Assembly: GCA_021827205.1 (NCBI GenBank)
Contig: JAKAWV010000005.1
Coordinates: 79,120 to 143,119, forward strand
Direction of reading: 5' to 3'
Length of the DNA: 64,000 nucleotides
Origin: Pseudomonadota bacterium
GTDB lineage: Bacteria; Pseudomonadota; Gammaproteobacteria; Xanthomonadales; Rhodanobacteraceae
Shown here: piece by piece, positions 1 through 9,015 of the stretch
How positions within the stretch are numbered: the stretch's first letter is position 1
How the letters are laid out: the number at the start of each line of letters is the position of its first letter
Position numbers and translations under genes: made by a program
The notes under the pieces: model-generated
The model's database searches: none
Told to the model about the DNA's origin: nothing
Seen by the model: the letters and a program-made list of their open reading frames with translations, nothing else

Positions 1-1
1 C

Positions 2-580
2 GCCCAGCAGGCGCTCAAGAACGCACGCGCCGGTCTCGATAGCGCGCAGCAGGCATTGAGCCTGGCCGTGCAGGGGCCGCGCCAGGAAGACATCGCCGCC
101 GCGCGCGCGCAGGTCAAGGCCGATGCCGCGGCGCTGGCGCTGGCGCAGCGGCAACTGCACGACACCACGTTGATCGCGCCGGCGGATGGCGTCATCCAGA
201 CGCGCATCCTCGAAGTCGGCGATATGGCCAGTCCCGCTGCACCGGTGCTGACGCTGGCCTTGAACAATCCGGTCTGGGCACGCGCTTACGTGCCGGAGAC
301 CGAGCTGGGCCGCATTGCGCCCGGCATGCGCGCCGACATTCTCAGCGACAGTTTTCCGGGGCAGCATTTCAAGGGCTGGATCGGCTTCATCTCGCCCACC
401 GCCGAGTTCACGCCCAAATCGGTGCAAACCACCGACTTGCGTACCGAGCTGGTGTACCGGGTGCGCGTCTACGCCTGCAATCCGCAAGGGCGGCTGCGTC
501 TGGGCATGCCGGTGACGGTGCAGGTGCCGCTGCACGACAACGCACCGCGCGCGATTCCCGCGCATGTCTGCCAGGACTGA
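2..580 (+). CDS. HlyD/YbhG-family membrane-fusion (periplasmic adaptor) protein, 5' end cut by the window edge
   Basis: The reading frame is open from the window start. The translation (AARAQVKADAAALALAQRQLHDTTLIAPADGVI...LGMPVTV) looks like the C-terminal half of an HlyD-type adaptor. It is followed by a double ABC ATPase and two ABC-2 permeases, the ybhGFSR-like order. Confidence 0.8.
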   Translation, partial: AQQALKNARAGLDSAQQALSLAVQGPRQEDIAAARAQVKADAAALALAQRQLHDTTLIAPADGVIQTRILEVGDMASPAAPVLTLALNNPVWARAYVPETELGRIAPGMRADILSDSFPGQHFKGWIGFISPTAEFTPKSVQTTDLRTELVYRVRVYACNPQGRLRLGMPVTVQVPLHDNAPRAIPAHVCQD

Positions 581-2393
581 TGCCGTGGAGGCGCCGGCGC
601 TGGTGCTGGAAGCGGTGCACAAACGCTTTCGCCAGGGCAAGCAGCGGATCGAGGCGATCAAGGGCCTGAGTGTGCAGGTGCAGAGTGGGCGCATCACCGG
701 CCTGCTCGGACCCGATGGTGCCGGCAAGACCACGCTGATGCGTCTGGCGGCCGCTCTGCTACTGCCCGATGCCGGGCAAGTGCGGGTGTTGGGCCGCGAC
801 AGCCGCCACGAGGCCGCTGCCATCCAGCGCGACATCGGCTACATGCCGCAGCGCTTCGGCCTGTACGAAGACCTCAGCGTTCAGGAAAACCTCGCGCTGT
901 ATGCCGACCTGCAAGGCCTCGATGCGACGCAGCGCAAGGCGCGTTTCGAGGAATTGCTGCGTCTGACCGCGCTGGGGCCGTTCGGCAAGCGCCGCGCCGG
1001 CGATCTGTCCGGCGGCATGAAGCAGAAGCTGGGCCTGGCCTGCGCGCTGCTGCGCGCGCCGCGTCTGCTGCTGCTGGATGAGCCCACGGTGGGCGTCGAT
1101 CCGATCTCGCGCCGCGAGCTGTGGAGCATCATCAAGGCCATGCGCGCGCAGGGCGTGACGGTGCTGGTGAGCACGGCGTATCTGGACGAAGCCGAGTTGT
1201 GCGACGACATCGTGCTGTTGCATGAGGGCGGTCTGCTGGCACAGCAGCCGCCTGTCGCATTCCAAGCGCCGCTGGTTGGGCGCTGTTTTCTGGTGCGCCA
1301 CGCCGCGCTGCAGCGGCGCACGCTGCAAACGCAGCTAAGCGCGCGCACCAGCGTGGTAGACGCTCTGGTGCAGGCCGATGGCGTGCGCGTGGTGCTGGCC
1401 GCGGTGTCGATGCGGACACCCGCGCAACCGGGCGAAGACTGGCAGCCCGTGGCGCCGCGCTTCGAGGATGCGTTCGTATCGCTGCTGGCGGCGAGTGGCG
1501 ATGGGGCAGCGCAGGCCATGGCCAGCGTCGATGCCGTGCCTGCTTTCCATGGCAACGCCCAAGGTATTCGGCCTGCGGCCGTTTCACTGGATTCCCGCCT
1601 GCGCGGGAACGACGGTGGCGAGGACGCGGCCGCGACGGTGATCGAGGTGCACGAACTGCGTCGTTTCTTCGGCAGCTTCGAGGCGGTCAAGGGCATCGAA
1701 TTCACCGTGCAGCGCGGTGAGGTCTTTGGTTTGCTGGGCGCCAACGGCGCGGGCAAGAGCACCACGTTCCGCATGCTGTGCGGGCTGCTGCCGGCCAGCT
1801 CGGGCACGCTGCGCGTGGCGGGAGTGGACCTGCGCACGGCGCGCGCGACGGCGCGCGCACGTATCGGCTATGTGTCGCAGCGGTTTTCGTTGTACGGCAA
1901 TTTGAGCGTGGCGCAGAATCTGGCTTTTTTTGCATCGGCCTACGGACTGGGCGGCGCGCGGCGCAAGGCCAGGCTGGACTGGGCACAGCGCGAATTCGAG
2001 TTGGCCGCGTATCTGGATGCCGGCGCGGCGGAACTGCCGCTGGGCTTCAAGCAGCGCTTGGCGCTGGCCTGCGCGTTGATGCATGAACCATCGATCCTGT
2101 TTCTCGACGAGCCCACCTCGGGCGTCGATCCGCTGGCGCGACGCGAGTTCTGGCAGCGTATCAATCATCTGGCCGAATCCGGCGTGACGGTGATGATCAC
2201 CACGCACTTCATGGACGAAGCCGAGTATTGCGATCATCTGGTGCTGATGTCGCTGGGCGAGATCCTCGCCTTCGGCTCGCCGCAGGAGATCCGCGCCAGG
2301 GTCAAAACCGCCGCCATGCCCGATCCAAGCATGGAAGATGCCTTCATCGGCCTGATCCAGGCGCATGAAGCGCAGACGCGGCGAGCGGCATGA
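564..2393 (+). CDS. ABC transporter ATP-binding protein with two fused ATPase domains (YbhF-like)
   Basis: 609 aa with two Walker A motifs (GPDGAGKTT, GANGAGKST), an LSGGMKQKL signature and two Walker B motifs (LLLLDEPT, ILFLDEPT). The start is uncertain: ATG 564 has no SD, while GTG 585 has AGGA upstream. Confidence 0.9.
   Translation: MSARTDAVEAPALVLEAVHKRFRQGKQRIEAIKGLSVQVQSGRITGLLGPDGAGKTTLMRLAAALLLPDAGQVRVLGRDSRHEAAAIQRDIGYMPQRFGLYEDLSVQENLALYADLQGLDATQRKARFEELLRLTALGPFGKRRAGDLSGGMKQKLGLACALLRAPRLLLLDEPTVGVDPISRRELWSIIKAMRAQGVTVLVSTAYLDEAELCDDIVLLHEGGLLAQQPPVAFQAPLVGRCFLVRHAALQRRTLQTQLSARTSVVDALVQADGVRVVLAAVSMRTPAQPGEDWQPVAPRFEDAFVSLLAASGDGAAQAMASVDAVPAFHGNAQGIRPAAVSLDSRLRGNDGGEDAAATVIEVHELRRFFGSFEAVKGIEFTVQRGEVFGLLGANGAGKSTTFRMLCGLLPASSGTLRVAGVDLRTARATARARIGYVSQRFSLYGNLSVAQNLAFFASAYGLGGARRKARLDWAQREFELAAYLDAGAAELPLGFKQRLALACALMHEPSILFLDEPTSGVDPLARREFWQRINHLAESGVTVMITTHFMDEAEYCDHLVLMSLGEILAFGSPQEIRARVKTAAMPDPSMEDAFIGLIQAHEAQTRRAA
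1592..1609. repeat. REP-like palindrome TTCCCGC-CTGC-GCGGGAA inside the inter-domain linker of the ABC ATPase
   Basis: 7-bp perfect stem with a 4-nt loop, read directly. It is translated in frame as ...SLDSRLRGNDGG... between the two ATPase domains. Confidence 0.7.
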
Positions 2394-2418
2394 GGATCGG
2401 CCCCGTGAGCCGCGCGCC

Positions 2419-3534
2419 ATGAACCGCCAGCGCCTGCGCGGACTGGTGCGCAAGGAGTTCCTGCAGATCCTGCGTGATCCCTCGGCCATCGCCATCGCCT
2501 TTGTGCTGCCGGTGTTTCTGCTGCTGCTGTTCGGCTATGGCGTGTCGCTGGATGCGCACCACGTGCCGCTCGCGGTGGTGGTCGATCAGCCCACGGCGCA
2601 GACCAGCAGTTTCATCGGCGGGCTGCAGCAGTCGGATTTTTTCGATCCGCGACCTTACCCGACCATCGGCGCCGCGCGCGCCGCGCTGATGCGGCGCCAA
2701 GTCACCGGCATCGTATGGCTGCGCGGTGATTTCTCGCGCGACATGCTGGCCGGAAAAACCGCACCCGTGGCGGTGTGGGTGGACGGCGTGGATGCCAACA
2801 ACGCCAACATCCTGCAAGGTTACCTGCAAGGCATGTGGCAGAACTGGCTGCAATTGCAGGCCGAACAGGCCGGGCAGCCGCTGGCGGTTCCGGTGGTGGC
2901 GGAAAGCCGCATCTGGTTCAACCCGGCGCTACGCAGCCGCGACTTCCTGGTGCCGGGCTTGATCGCGTTGATCATGACCCTGATCGGCGCGTTGCTCACC
3001 GCGCTGGTGGTGGCGCGCGAGTGGGAGCGCGGCACCATGGAGGCGCTGATGGCCAGCCCGGTGACCATGGGTGAAATCCTGCTCGGCAAGCTGGCGCCGT
3101 ATTTCGTGCTGGGCATGGGCGGCATGCTGTTGTCGGTGGCCATGGCGGTGTGGTTGTTCGCGGTGCCGCTGGTCGGCAGTTTCTGGCTGCTGCTGGCGTG
3201 CTCGGCGCTGTTCCTGCTGGTGGCGTTGAGCATGGGGTTGCTGATCTCGACGCTGGCGAAAAACCAGTTCGTCGCCGCGCAGGTGGCGGTGATCGTCACC
3301 TTCCTGCCGGCATTCATTCTTTCCGGCTTCATTTTCGATATCAATTCGATGCCGGCGGCGGTGCAGTTCCTCACCCATATCGTCGCCGCGCGCTACTACG
3401 TCGCCATCCTGCAGACGCTGTTTCTCGCCGGCAACGTGTGGCCGGTGGTGCTTTCCAATAGCGCGGCGCTGGTGCTGATGGCGCTGCTGTTTTTCGGCAT
3501 CGCCCGGCGCAAGTCACGCAAGAGGCTGGACTGA
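2419..3534 (+). CDS. ABC-2 type transporter permease (YbhS-like)
   Basis: Starts at ATG 2419 (MNRQRLRGLVRKEFLQILRDP, a typical ABC-2 N-terminus). Multi-pass hydrophobic protein directly downstream of the ATPase. Confidence 0.85.
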   Translation: MNRQRLRGLVRKEFLQILRDPSAIAIAFVLPVFLLLLFGYGVSLDAHHVPLAVVVDQPTAQTSSFIGGLQQSDFFDPRPYPTIGAARAALMRRQVTGIVWLRGDFSRDMLAGKTAPVAVWVDGVDANNANILQGYLQGMWQNWLQLQAEQAGQPLAVPVVAESRIWFNPALRSRDFLVPGLIALIMTLIGALLTALVVAREWERGTMEALMASPVTMGEILLGKLAPYFVLGMGGMLLSVAMAVWLFAVPLVGSFWLLLACSALFLLVALSMGLLISTLAKNQFVAAQVAVIVTFLPAFILSGFIFDINSMPAAVQFLTHIVAARYYVAILQTLFLAGNVWPVVLSNSAALVLMALLFFGIARRKSRKRLD

Positions 3535-3536
3535 GC

Positions 3537-4646
3537 ATGTGGGCGCGCATCGTTGCCTTGGTGATCAAGGAATTCCTCGCCGTGCTGCGCGACGCGGCCA
3601 GCCGCACGGTGCTGATCGGCCCGCCGCTGATCCAGCTCATGGTGTTCGGTTACGCCGCCAGTTTCGATCTGAATCACATCCCCTACGCGGTGTACAACCA
3701 GGATTCGGGCTATGCCGCGCGCCAATTGCTGGCGCGCTTCAGCGGCTCGCCCAATTTCCGGCAAGTGGCCACGATCAACAACGATGCGCAGATCGCGCCA
3801 CTGATCAACGACAAGGACGCGCTGCTGGTACTGCATATCGGCCAGCACTTCACCCGCGACTTGTTGACGCAAAAACCCGCCAGGCTGCAAATCATCATTG
3901 ACGGACGCGACTCCAACACCGCGGCGCTGGCGCTCAACGATGTCAGCGGCGTGCTGCTCGATTTCAACCAGCAATGGGCCGCGGCGCACAGCCAGCGCGG
4001 GCCGCCGGCGCAACTGGTGATGCGCGCCTGGTTCAACCCCAATCTGCGCTCGCGCTGGTTCATCGTGCCCGGCCTCGTGGCCCAGCTCACCCTGGTGGTC
4101 ACGCTGCTGGTCACCGGCCTTTCGGTGGCGCGCGAGCGCGAGATGGGCACCTTCGACCAGTTGCTGGTCACGCCCATGCGTCCGCTGGAAATCCTGATCG
4201 GCAAGGCCGTACCGGGCTTCGTCATCGGCGGGTTGGAGGGCGGCTTCATCGCGCTGATGGCGGTGCTGTGGTTCCACGTGCCCTTCGTCGGTAGCGTGGC
4301 GGCGCTGGCGTTGGGCATGTTCTTTTTCCTGCTGGCGGCGATCGGCATCGGGTTGATGATCTCCTCGCTGGCCGTCACCCAGCAGCAGGGGCTGCTCGGC
4401 GTGTTTCTGTTTCTGGTGCCGGCGATCATCCTGTCGGGCTTCGCCACGCCCATTGCCAACATGCCAGAGGCGGTGCAACTGCTGACCTACATCAACCCGA
4501 TGCGCTATTTCCTGATCATCGTGCGCGGCGTGTTCCTGGAAGGCAGCACTATCCCCATGCTGCTGTCGCAATACGCGCCGCTGGCGCTGATCGGCCTGGT
4601 CAGCATGAGCGCCGCGGTCTGGCTGTTCCGGCACCGCATGGCTTGA
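3537..4646 (+). CDS. ABC-2 type transporter permease (YbhR-like)
   Basis: ATG lies 2 nt after the stop of the preceding permease. Paralogous N-terminus (MWARIVALVIKEFLAVLRD) and six hydrophobic segments. Confidence 0.85.
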   Translation: MWARIVALVIKEFLAVLRDAASRTVLIGPPLIQLMVFGYAASFDLNHIPYAVYNQDSGYAARQLLARFSGSPNFRQVATINNDAQIAPLINDKDALLVLHIGQHFTRDLLTQKPARLQIIIDGRDSNTAALALNDVSGVLLDFNQQWAAAHSQRGPPAQLVMRAWFNPNLRSRWFIVPGLVAQLTLVVTLLVTGLSVAREREMGTFDQLLVTPMRPLEILIGKAVPGFVIGGLEGGFIALMAVLWFHVPFVGSVAALALGMFFFLLAAIGIGLMISSLAVTQQQGLLGVFLFLVPAIILSGFATPIANMPEAVQLLTYINPMRYFLIIVRGVFLEGSTIPMLLSQYAPLALIGLVSMSAAVWLFRHRMA

Positions 4647-4695
4647 GCTACGACGGCTCGCCGCGCGCGAGCCTCACATCAGGGAGGCCCCACAC

Positions 4696-4884
4696 ATGAT
4701 CCGCGTGCTGCTGATCGTGGTGATCACGATCTGCATCGGCGCCCGCATCGATCCGCAATGGCTGCATGAGTCGGGCGGATCGCCGCGCAGCGATCTGCCC
4801 GCGATCGTGTTGCGTGCCGTGCGTGCTGCCGCCCGACTTGCCGTCGGGCAACGTCTGCACGGGATGCTCAGCCGGTCTGCTTGA
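4696..4884 (+). CDS. possible small membrane protein (62 aa)
   Basis: GGGAGG lies 9 nt upstream of the ATG. The N-terminus MIRVLLIVVITICIG is hydrophobic and early codons are GC3-rich. The 3' end overlaps the convergent PhaC-like gene by 17 nt. No recognisable family. Confidence 0.25.
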   Translation: MIRVLLIVVITICIGARIDPQWLHESGGSPRSDLPAIVLRAVRAAARLAVGQRLHGMLSRSA

Positions 4885-5992
4885 TGATCCACGCGGCGAT
4901 TTCAGGCCAGGTTTCTTTCAGCGTGCGCCCGCCCATGAACAGGCCGACGTGGCCGCCGGGCACCATGCGCTTTTGAATCTTGTCCCTGGGCGTGCCGCAC
5001 AGGGTTTCGGCGGCGAACACCTGCTCATGGCCGGTGATGTCGTCGCTCGCGCCGGCCAGCAGATACAACGGGCAGGTGATGTCCTTGAGCTTGAGCGTAC
5101 GGCCCAGTCCGACGTATTCGCCCTTGGCCAGCAGATTGCGCTTGAACAACTGGTCGATGACCTGCAGATACCAGCGGCCGGGCAGGTCCAGCGGGTTTTC
5201 GTACCAGCGATCGAAGGCTTCGGTCTTGGACAGCCACACCGGGTCGTCGATGTGCTCGTACAGATCGATCTGATCCTGCACGTAGTGTTGCTCGGGATGC
5301 ATGTTTTTCCAGCCCGCCAGCATGTATTTGCCCGGCATCAATCCGCCACCGCTGGCTACCAGATCGGCGTAGAAACTCATCGGGCTTTCCTGCACCATCT
5401 TGACCAGCGGGCCGTTGCCGGCGTGGGTGTCGATGGGCGAGCCGGCGAGCACCAGGCTGGCGACCTTGCCTGGAAAACGCGCGGCCAGCATCGCCGCCAT
5501 CCAGCCGCCCTGACACAGTCCGACCAGGTTGACGCGGCCGCCGAGGTCGTCGATGCAGGCGAGAAAGTCGCCGAGGTATTGATCGACCTCGAGGTCTTTC
5601 ATGTCCGGCGCGGCGCTGTGCCAGTCGGTGAGGAACAACGGGCCGACGTCGTTGTTTTTCAGCGTCTGCATCAAGCTCTGGCCTTCGTGGTAGTCGGCGA
5701 TCATCGAGGTGTGCCCGGCATAGGGCGCGTTGACCAAGGTGGGGATGCCCTTGGCGCCCGGCGCGGAGTAGTCGCACAGGTCCAGGGTGCGCAGTTTGAG
5801 CCGCACGCTGTGCGCGGTGGCGAGTCTGGGCTTGATGCTGCCGTCGTGCAGGCGCAGTTCCTCGTCGAGAAATTTCACGTTGCGCGCGGCCAGCTCCATG
5901 CCTTGTTCGGCCATGCTGCTGGCCAATTGCACCGGCCAGAAAAACGGCACGTCGAGGCTGGGTTGTACTTTGCCTGGTGCGGGGGTGTTCAT
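4868..5992 (-). CDS. alpha/beta hydrolase resembling class III PHA synthase PhaC
   Basis: AAGGAG lies 6 nt before the ATG (MNTPAPG...). The lipase-box variant GLCQGG has Cys as in PHA synthases, and the C-terminal LKDITCP...PGGHVG blocks are PhaC-like. No phaE partner is present. Confidence 0.7.
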   Translation of the reverse strand: MNTPAPGKVQPSLDVPFFWPVQLASSMAEQGMELAARNVKFLDEELRLHDGSIKPRLATAHSVRLKLRTLDLCDYSAPGAKGIPTLVNAPYAGHTSMIADYHEGQSLMQTLKNNDVGPLFLTDWHSAAPDMKDLEVDQYLGDFLACIDDLGGRVNLVGLCQGGWMAAMLAARFPGKVASLVLAGSPIDTHAGNGPLVKMVQESPMSFYADLVASGGGLMPGKYMLAGWKNMHPEQHYVQDQIDLYEHIDDPVWLSKTEAFDRWYENPLDLPGRWYLQVIDQLFKRNLLAKGEYVGLGRTLKLKDITCPLYLLAGASDDITGHEQVFAAETLCGTPRDKIQKRMVPGGHVGLFMGGRTLKETWPEIAAWIIKQTG

Positions 5993-6006
5993 GCTCGAAC
6001 TCCTTC

Positions 6007-8388
6007 TCATGCGATGTGAAAACGGGTGAACAGCGGGCGTTTGATCAGATCAAGCAGCAGCGCGAAAACCACGCTGGCAAGCAGCACGCCGCTGACCACG
6101 ACCCAGGGCAGCGCCGCCATCAAGATGCCGAAACCGGCCAACAGGCTCACGATGACGATGTCACCGAGACTCGCGGCAGCCATCCAGCGCGAAGGTGCCA
6201 GGCGCCACATGGGCGCGTCGTTGCGCAGCACGTAGATGCCGGTCTGGTTGGTGAACACCAGGATCAGGAACACCACCGTCTGCAGTTGCACGGCGCTCAA
6301 GCCCAGCGCCCGTGCCCACAGGTAGATCAGCAGCGAGGCCAGCAGCGACAGCAGGGCCAGCAACCCGGCCGCGCCCATCAGTCGACCGACCTGCCAGCGC
6401 TGCGGTCTGACTGCGGGCAGCACGCGGTCGGTGGCGATGCTCATGCTGGCGAAATCGTTGGCGAACAGCATCAGCACGATGAGCAGGGGTGAAATGACGA
6501 ACTGCCCGGTCAGCAGCACGCCGAAGGTCAGAAACACCACGATGACCAGCGTGCGCAGCACCTTGTTGAGGGTGTAGGTGAGCATGCGCCGATGCACTTC
6601 GCGCCCCCTGCGTACCACGGTGAGCACGCCGCCCAGGCCTGGGGCGGTGAGCACCACGCCGGCGGCGGCCTTGGCTACGTCGGTCGCGCTGGCCACGGCG
6701 ATGCCCAGTTCGGCCTGACGCAGCGCCGACGCGTCGTTGACGCCATCACCGGTCATTCCGGTGACGTGGCCGGCGCGTTGCAAGGCCTGCACGATGGCGT
6801 GCTTGTCCTCGGGCAACACGCGCGCGAACAAGTCGCAGTTCTCGGGGTGCTGCAGGGACTCGCCGCTGGTCTCGCAGACGCGCGTGCCCAGGCCGAGTTG
6901 GGCAGCGATGGCGCGTGCGGTTTCCAGCGCATCGCCGGTGGCCATGTGCACGCGCACGCCCAGTTGCGTGATCTGCTGGATGAGGTTGGCGGCATCCGGC
7001 CGTGGCGGGTCGGACAGACCGACCACGCCCAGCAGTTGCAATGCGCCCGCTGGACCCGCGGCTACCGCCAGTACGCGTGCGCCACTGGTGGCCAGCGTTT
7101 TTTCCGCGGTGTCCAGCGTGCTCTGCTGCGCGGCATCCAGCTTGCACAACGGGCCGATCACGTTGGCCGCGCCCTTCACCGCACGCCAGGGCTGACCGTC
7201 CACGCTATAAACACCCTCGCTGCGGCGCGTACCTGGGTCGAACGGATGAAAGGCTTGCCGCTCGGGTGCGTCCTTGAGCAACCCCTGCGCACGCGCTGGA
7301 GTGAGTACGGCCAAGTCCAACGGGTCTTGCGTCGCGTCGTCACTGGCCAAGGCTGCGGCACGCAGCACGACGCTCACGTCGCTGCCCGTGGCAAGCGGCG
7401 TGACGCCGGCGAGGGTGAGCGTGTTTTGCGTCAGCGTGCCGGTCTTGTCCGACACCAGCGTATCCATGGCCGCAGCCTCTTCCACGGCGGGCAGGCGCGT
7501 GACCAGCACGCCTTGGTGCGCCAGTTGCAGGCTGCTGACCGCGGTAGCCAATGTATAGGTGGCAGGCAAAGCCACCGGGACAGAAGCGACCAGCAGCATC
7601 AAGGCGAAAATCGTTGTGTCGGCCAGCGGCAAGTGATGCCAGAGCGCGAACGCCACGACCAGCACGACCAGCCCCGCGTCGAAAATCATCAGTCGCTCGA
7701 CGATGGCGAAGATGGTGCGCTGCATGTGGCTGGGTGCATTCGAGTTGCGCACCAGCTCGGCGGTGCGCCCGAAAAAGGTGCGTGCGCCGGTGGCCGTGAC
7801 ACTGCCGCTGGCTTCGCCCTGGCGTACGACGGAACCGGTCCAGGCCGGCTTGCCGGAACCGGCATCGACCGGCAGCGACTCGCCGGTAAGCGCCGCCTGA
7901 TCCAGCGACACGGCGCCGTCGAACAAGGCCAGATCGGCCGGCACGATGTCGCCCGCGCGCACATGCACGATGTCGCCCGGCACCACCTGTTCCGCTGCCA
8001 GCACATGCCAGTGACCGTCACGCAGCACGCGTGCGTTGACGTGCAATTGCTTGCGCAGCAGCGTCAGGGCATCTTTCGCGCGCTGCTCCTGCGCGAATGC
8101 CACCAGCGCGTTGAACACGAGCAGCGCGGCGATCACGATGGACTCGGTGACGCGCCCCAGCAGCACCTGCAGCACGATCACCGCTTCCAGCATCCACGGC
8201 ACCGGCGCCCAGAACTTGACCAGCAGTTGCCGCCAGGCGGGAACCGGCTTGTCGGCAATCGCATTGGGACCGAAGTGCTGCAAGCGCTGCGCGGCCTCGA
8301 TACTGGTCAATCCTTGCGCGTGGTCAGTGGGCGGGAGATCGGGCGCTTGCGGCACGTGTGCCGTCCGGGCTTTGGGTAATACGCTCAT
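6007..8388 (-). CDS. P-type cation ATPase, type IIIA (plasma-membrane H+-ATPase-like)
   Basis: 793 aa with TGES (ALTGESLPV), the DKTGTLT phosphorylation site and the MTGDGVNDA hinge. The N-terminus (GLTSIEAAQRLQHFGPN...FWAPVPWMLEAV) is like PMA-type pumps. AAGGA SD is present. Confidence 0.85.
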   Translation of the reverse strand: MSVLPKARTAHVPQAPDLPPTDHAQGLTSIEAAQRLQHFGPNAIADKPVPAWRQLLVKFWAPVPWMLEAVIVLQVLLGRVTESIVIAALLVFNALVAFAQEQRAKDALTLLRKQLHVNARVLRDGHWHVLAAEQVVPGDIVHVRAGDIVPADLALFDGAVSLDQAALTGESLPVDAGSGKPAWTGSVVRQGEASGSVTATGARTFFGRTAELVRNSNAPSHMQRTIFAIVERLMIFDAGLVVLVVAFALWHHLPLADTTIFALMLLVASVPVALPATYTLATAVSSLQLAHQGVLVTRLPAVEEAAAMDTLVSDKTGTLTQNTLTLAGVTPLATGSDVSVVLRAAALASDDATQDPLDLAVLTPARAQGLLKDAPERQAFHPFDPGTRRSEGVYSVDGQPWRAVKGAANVIGPLCKLDAAQQSTLDTAEKTLATSGARVLAVAAGPAGALQLLGVVGLSDPPRPDAANLIQQITQLGVRVHMATGDALETARAIAAQLGLGTRVCETSGESLQHPENCDLFARVLPEDKHAIVQALQRAGHVTGMTGDGVNDASALRQAELGIAVASATDVAKAAAGVVLTAPGLGGVLTVVRRGREVHRRMLTYTLNKVLRTLVIVVFLTFGVLLTGQFVISPLLIVLMLFANDFASMSIATDRVLPAVRPQRWQVGRLMGAAGLLALLSLLASLLIYLWARALGLSAVQLQTVVFLILVFTNQTGIYVLRNDAPMWRLAPSRWMAAASLGDIVIVSLLAGFGILMAALPWVVVSGVLLASVVFALLLDLIKRPLFTRFHIA

Positions 8389-8421
8389 CGGGGTGTTCCT
8401 TGGCGCCGGGTGCGGTGCAGC

Positions 8422-8706
8422 TCAGGGCTGGAAGGCTCGCGCGGCCTTGTTGATGCCCTCGCCGGGCATGGGGTGCGGAAAACTGGCGGCCGCCAGCGCG
8501 CGTGCATCAAGGTTGCGCTCGAGTGCCAGCGCCAGCGGTGCAATCTGTTGCGCGGCGGCGTCCATGCCGGCGATTTGCGCGCCCGGCAAGCGTGCGTCCT
8601 TGCGGCTGAACACCAGTTTGATGAAGCCTTGCGTCTCGCCGTAGATCTGCGCACGCGAGTCCTGCGCATGGTCGTACCGCGTCACGGCCACTTCACCCGC
8701 GCCCAA
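8422..8706 (-). pseudogene. relic: C-terminal dimerisation domain only of a pyridine nucleotide-disulfide oxidoreductase (dihydrolipoyl dehydrogenase-like)
   Basis: The 94-aa ORF reads ...RAQIYGETQGFIKLVFSRKDARLPGAQIAGMDAAAQQIAPLALALE...FPHPMPGEGINKAA, matching only the last domain of the ~460-aa family. Upstream there is only AT-richer non-coding DNA. Confidence 0.6.
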
Positions 8707-8793
8707 CGCGGCACGTCAGTTGATGGCGATTTCAAGATGGGGTCGCTGTAGGTTACGGTGCAAGAATCAAGGATGCGTCTGTTCTGGACCACG

Positions 8794-8815
8794 TTGCTTG
8801 ATCCTGATCAAGCAA
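8794..8815. repeat. perfect 10-bp inverted repeat TTGCTTGATC-CT-GATCAAGCAA
   Basis: Read directly. It lies in the orphan intergenic region between the oxidoreductase relic and the response regulator gene. Function unknown (operator or hairpin). Confidence 0.6.
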
Positions 8816-9015
8816 TGCCGCGACCGCAATCACGTAAGCATGCCCGCGCATGACCGGAAGCGCCGGTTTGCATTGATTGAAACCCGCAACAACCCGTTCC
8901 GCATAGTCTCCGTGCGCTGTGCGCAATCAATGATCGCGCGATGCGCATGCGCGCAGCGCTTGCCAAACGCTCACTCCCTGCCTATGTTGCGGAAGGGGAA
9001 ACGTGGGGGGTAGTC

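Noticed and set aside
881-1837. 318-aa minus-strand ORF, with several other ORFs overlapping the ABC ATPase gene
   Set aside because: It is antisense or out of frame to a gene with clear Walker and signature motifs. The translation is Arg/Ala/Ser/Pro-rich with no motif, which marks it as a typical high-GC shadow ORF.
4647-4666. GC hairpin GGCTCGC-CGCGC-GCGAGCC after the second ABC-2 permease
   Set aside because: It has no U-tract and overlaps the SD region of the possible small ORF at 4696, so the evidence is insufficient to call a terminator.
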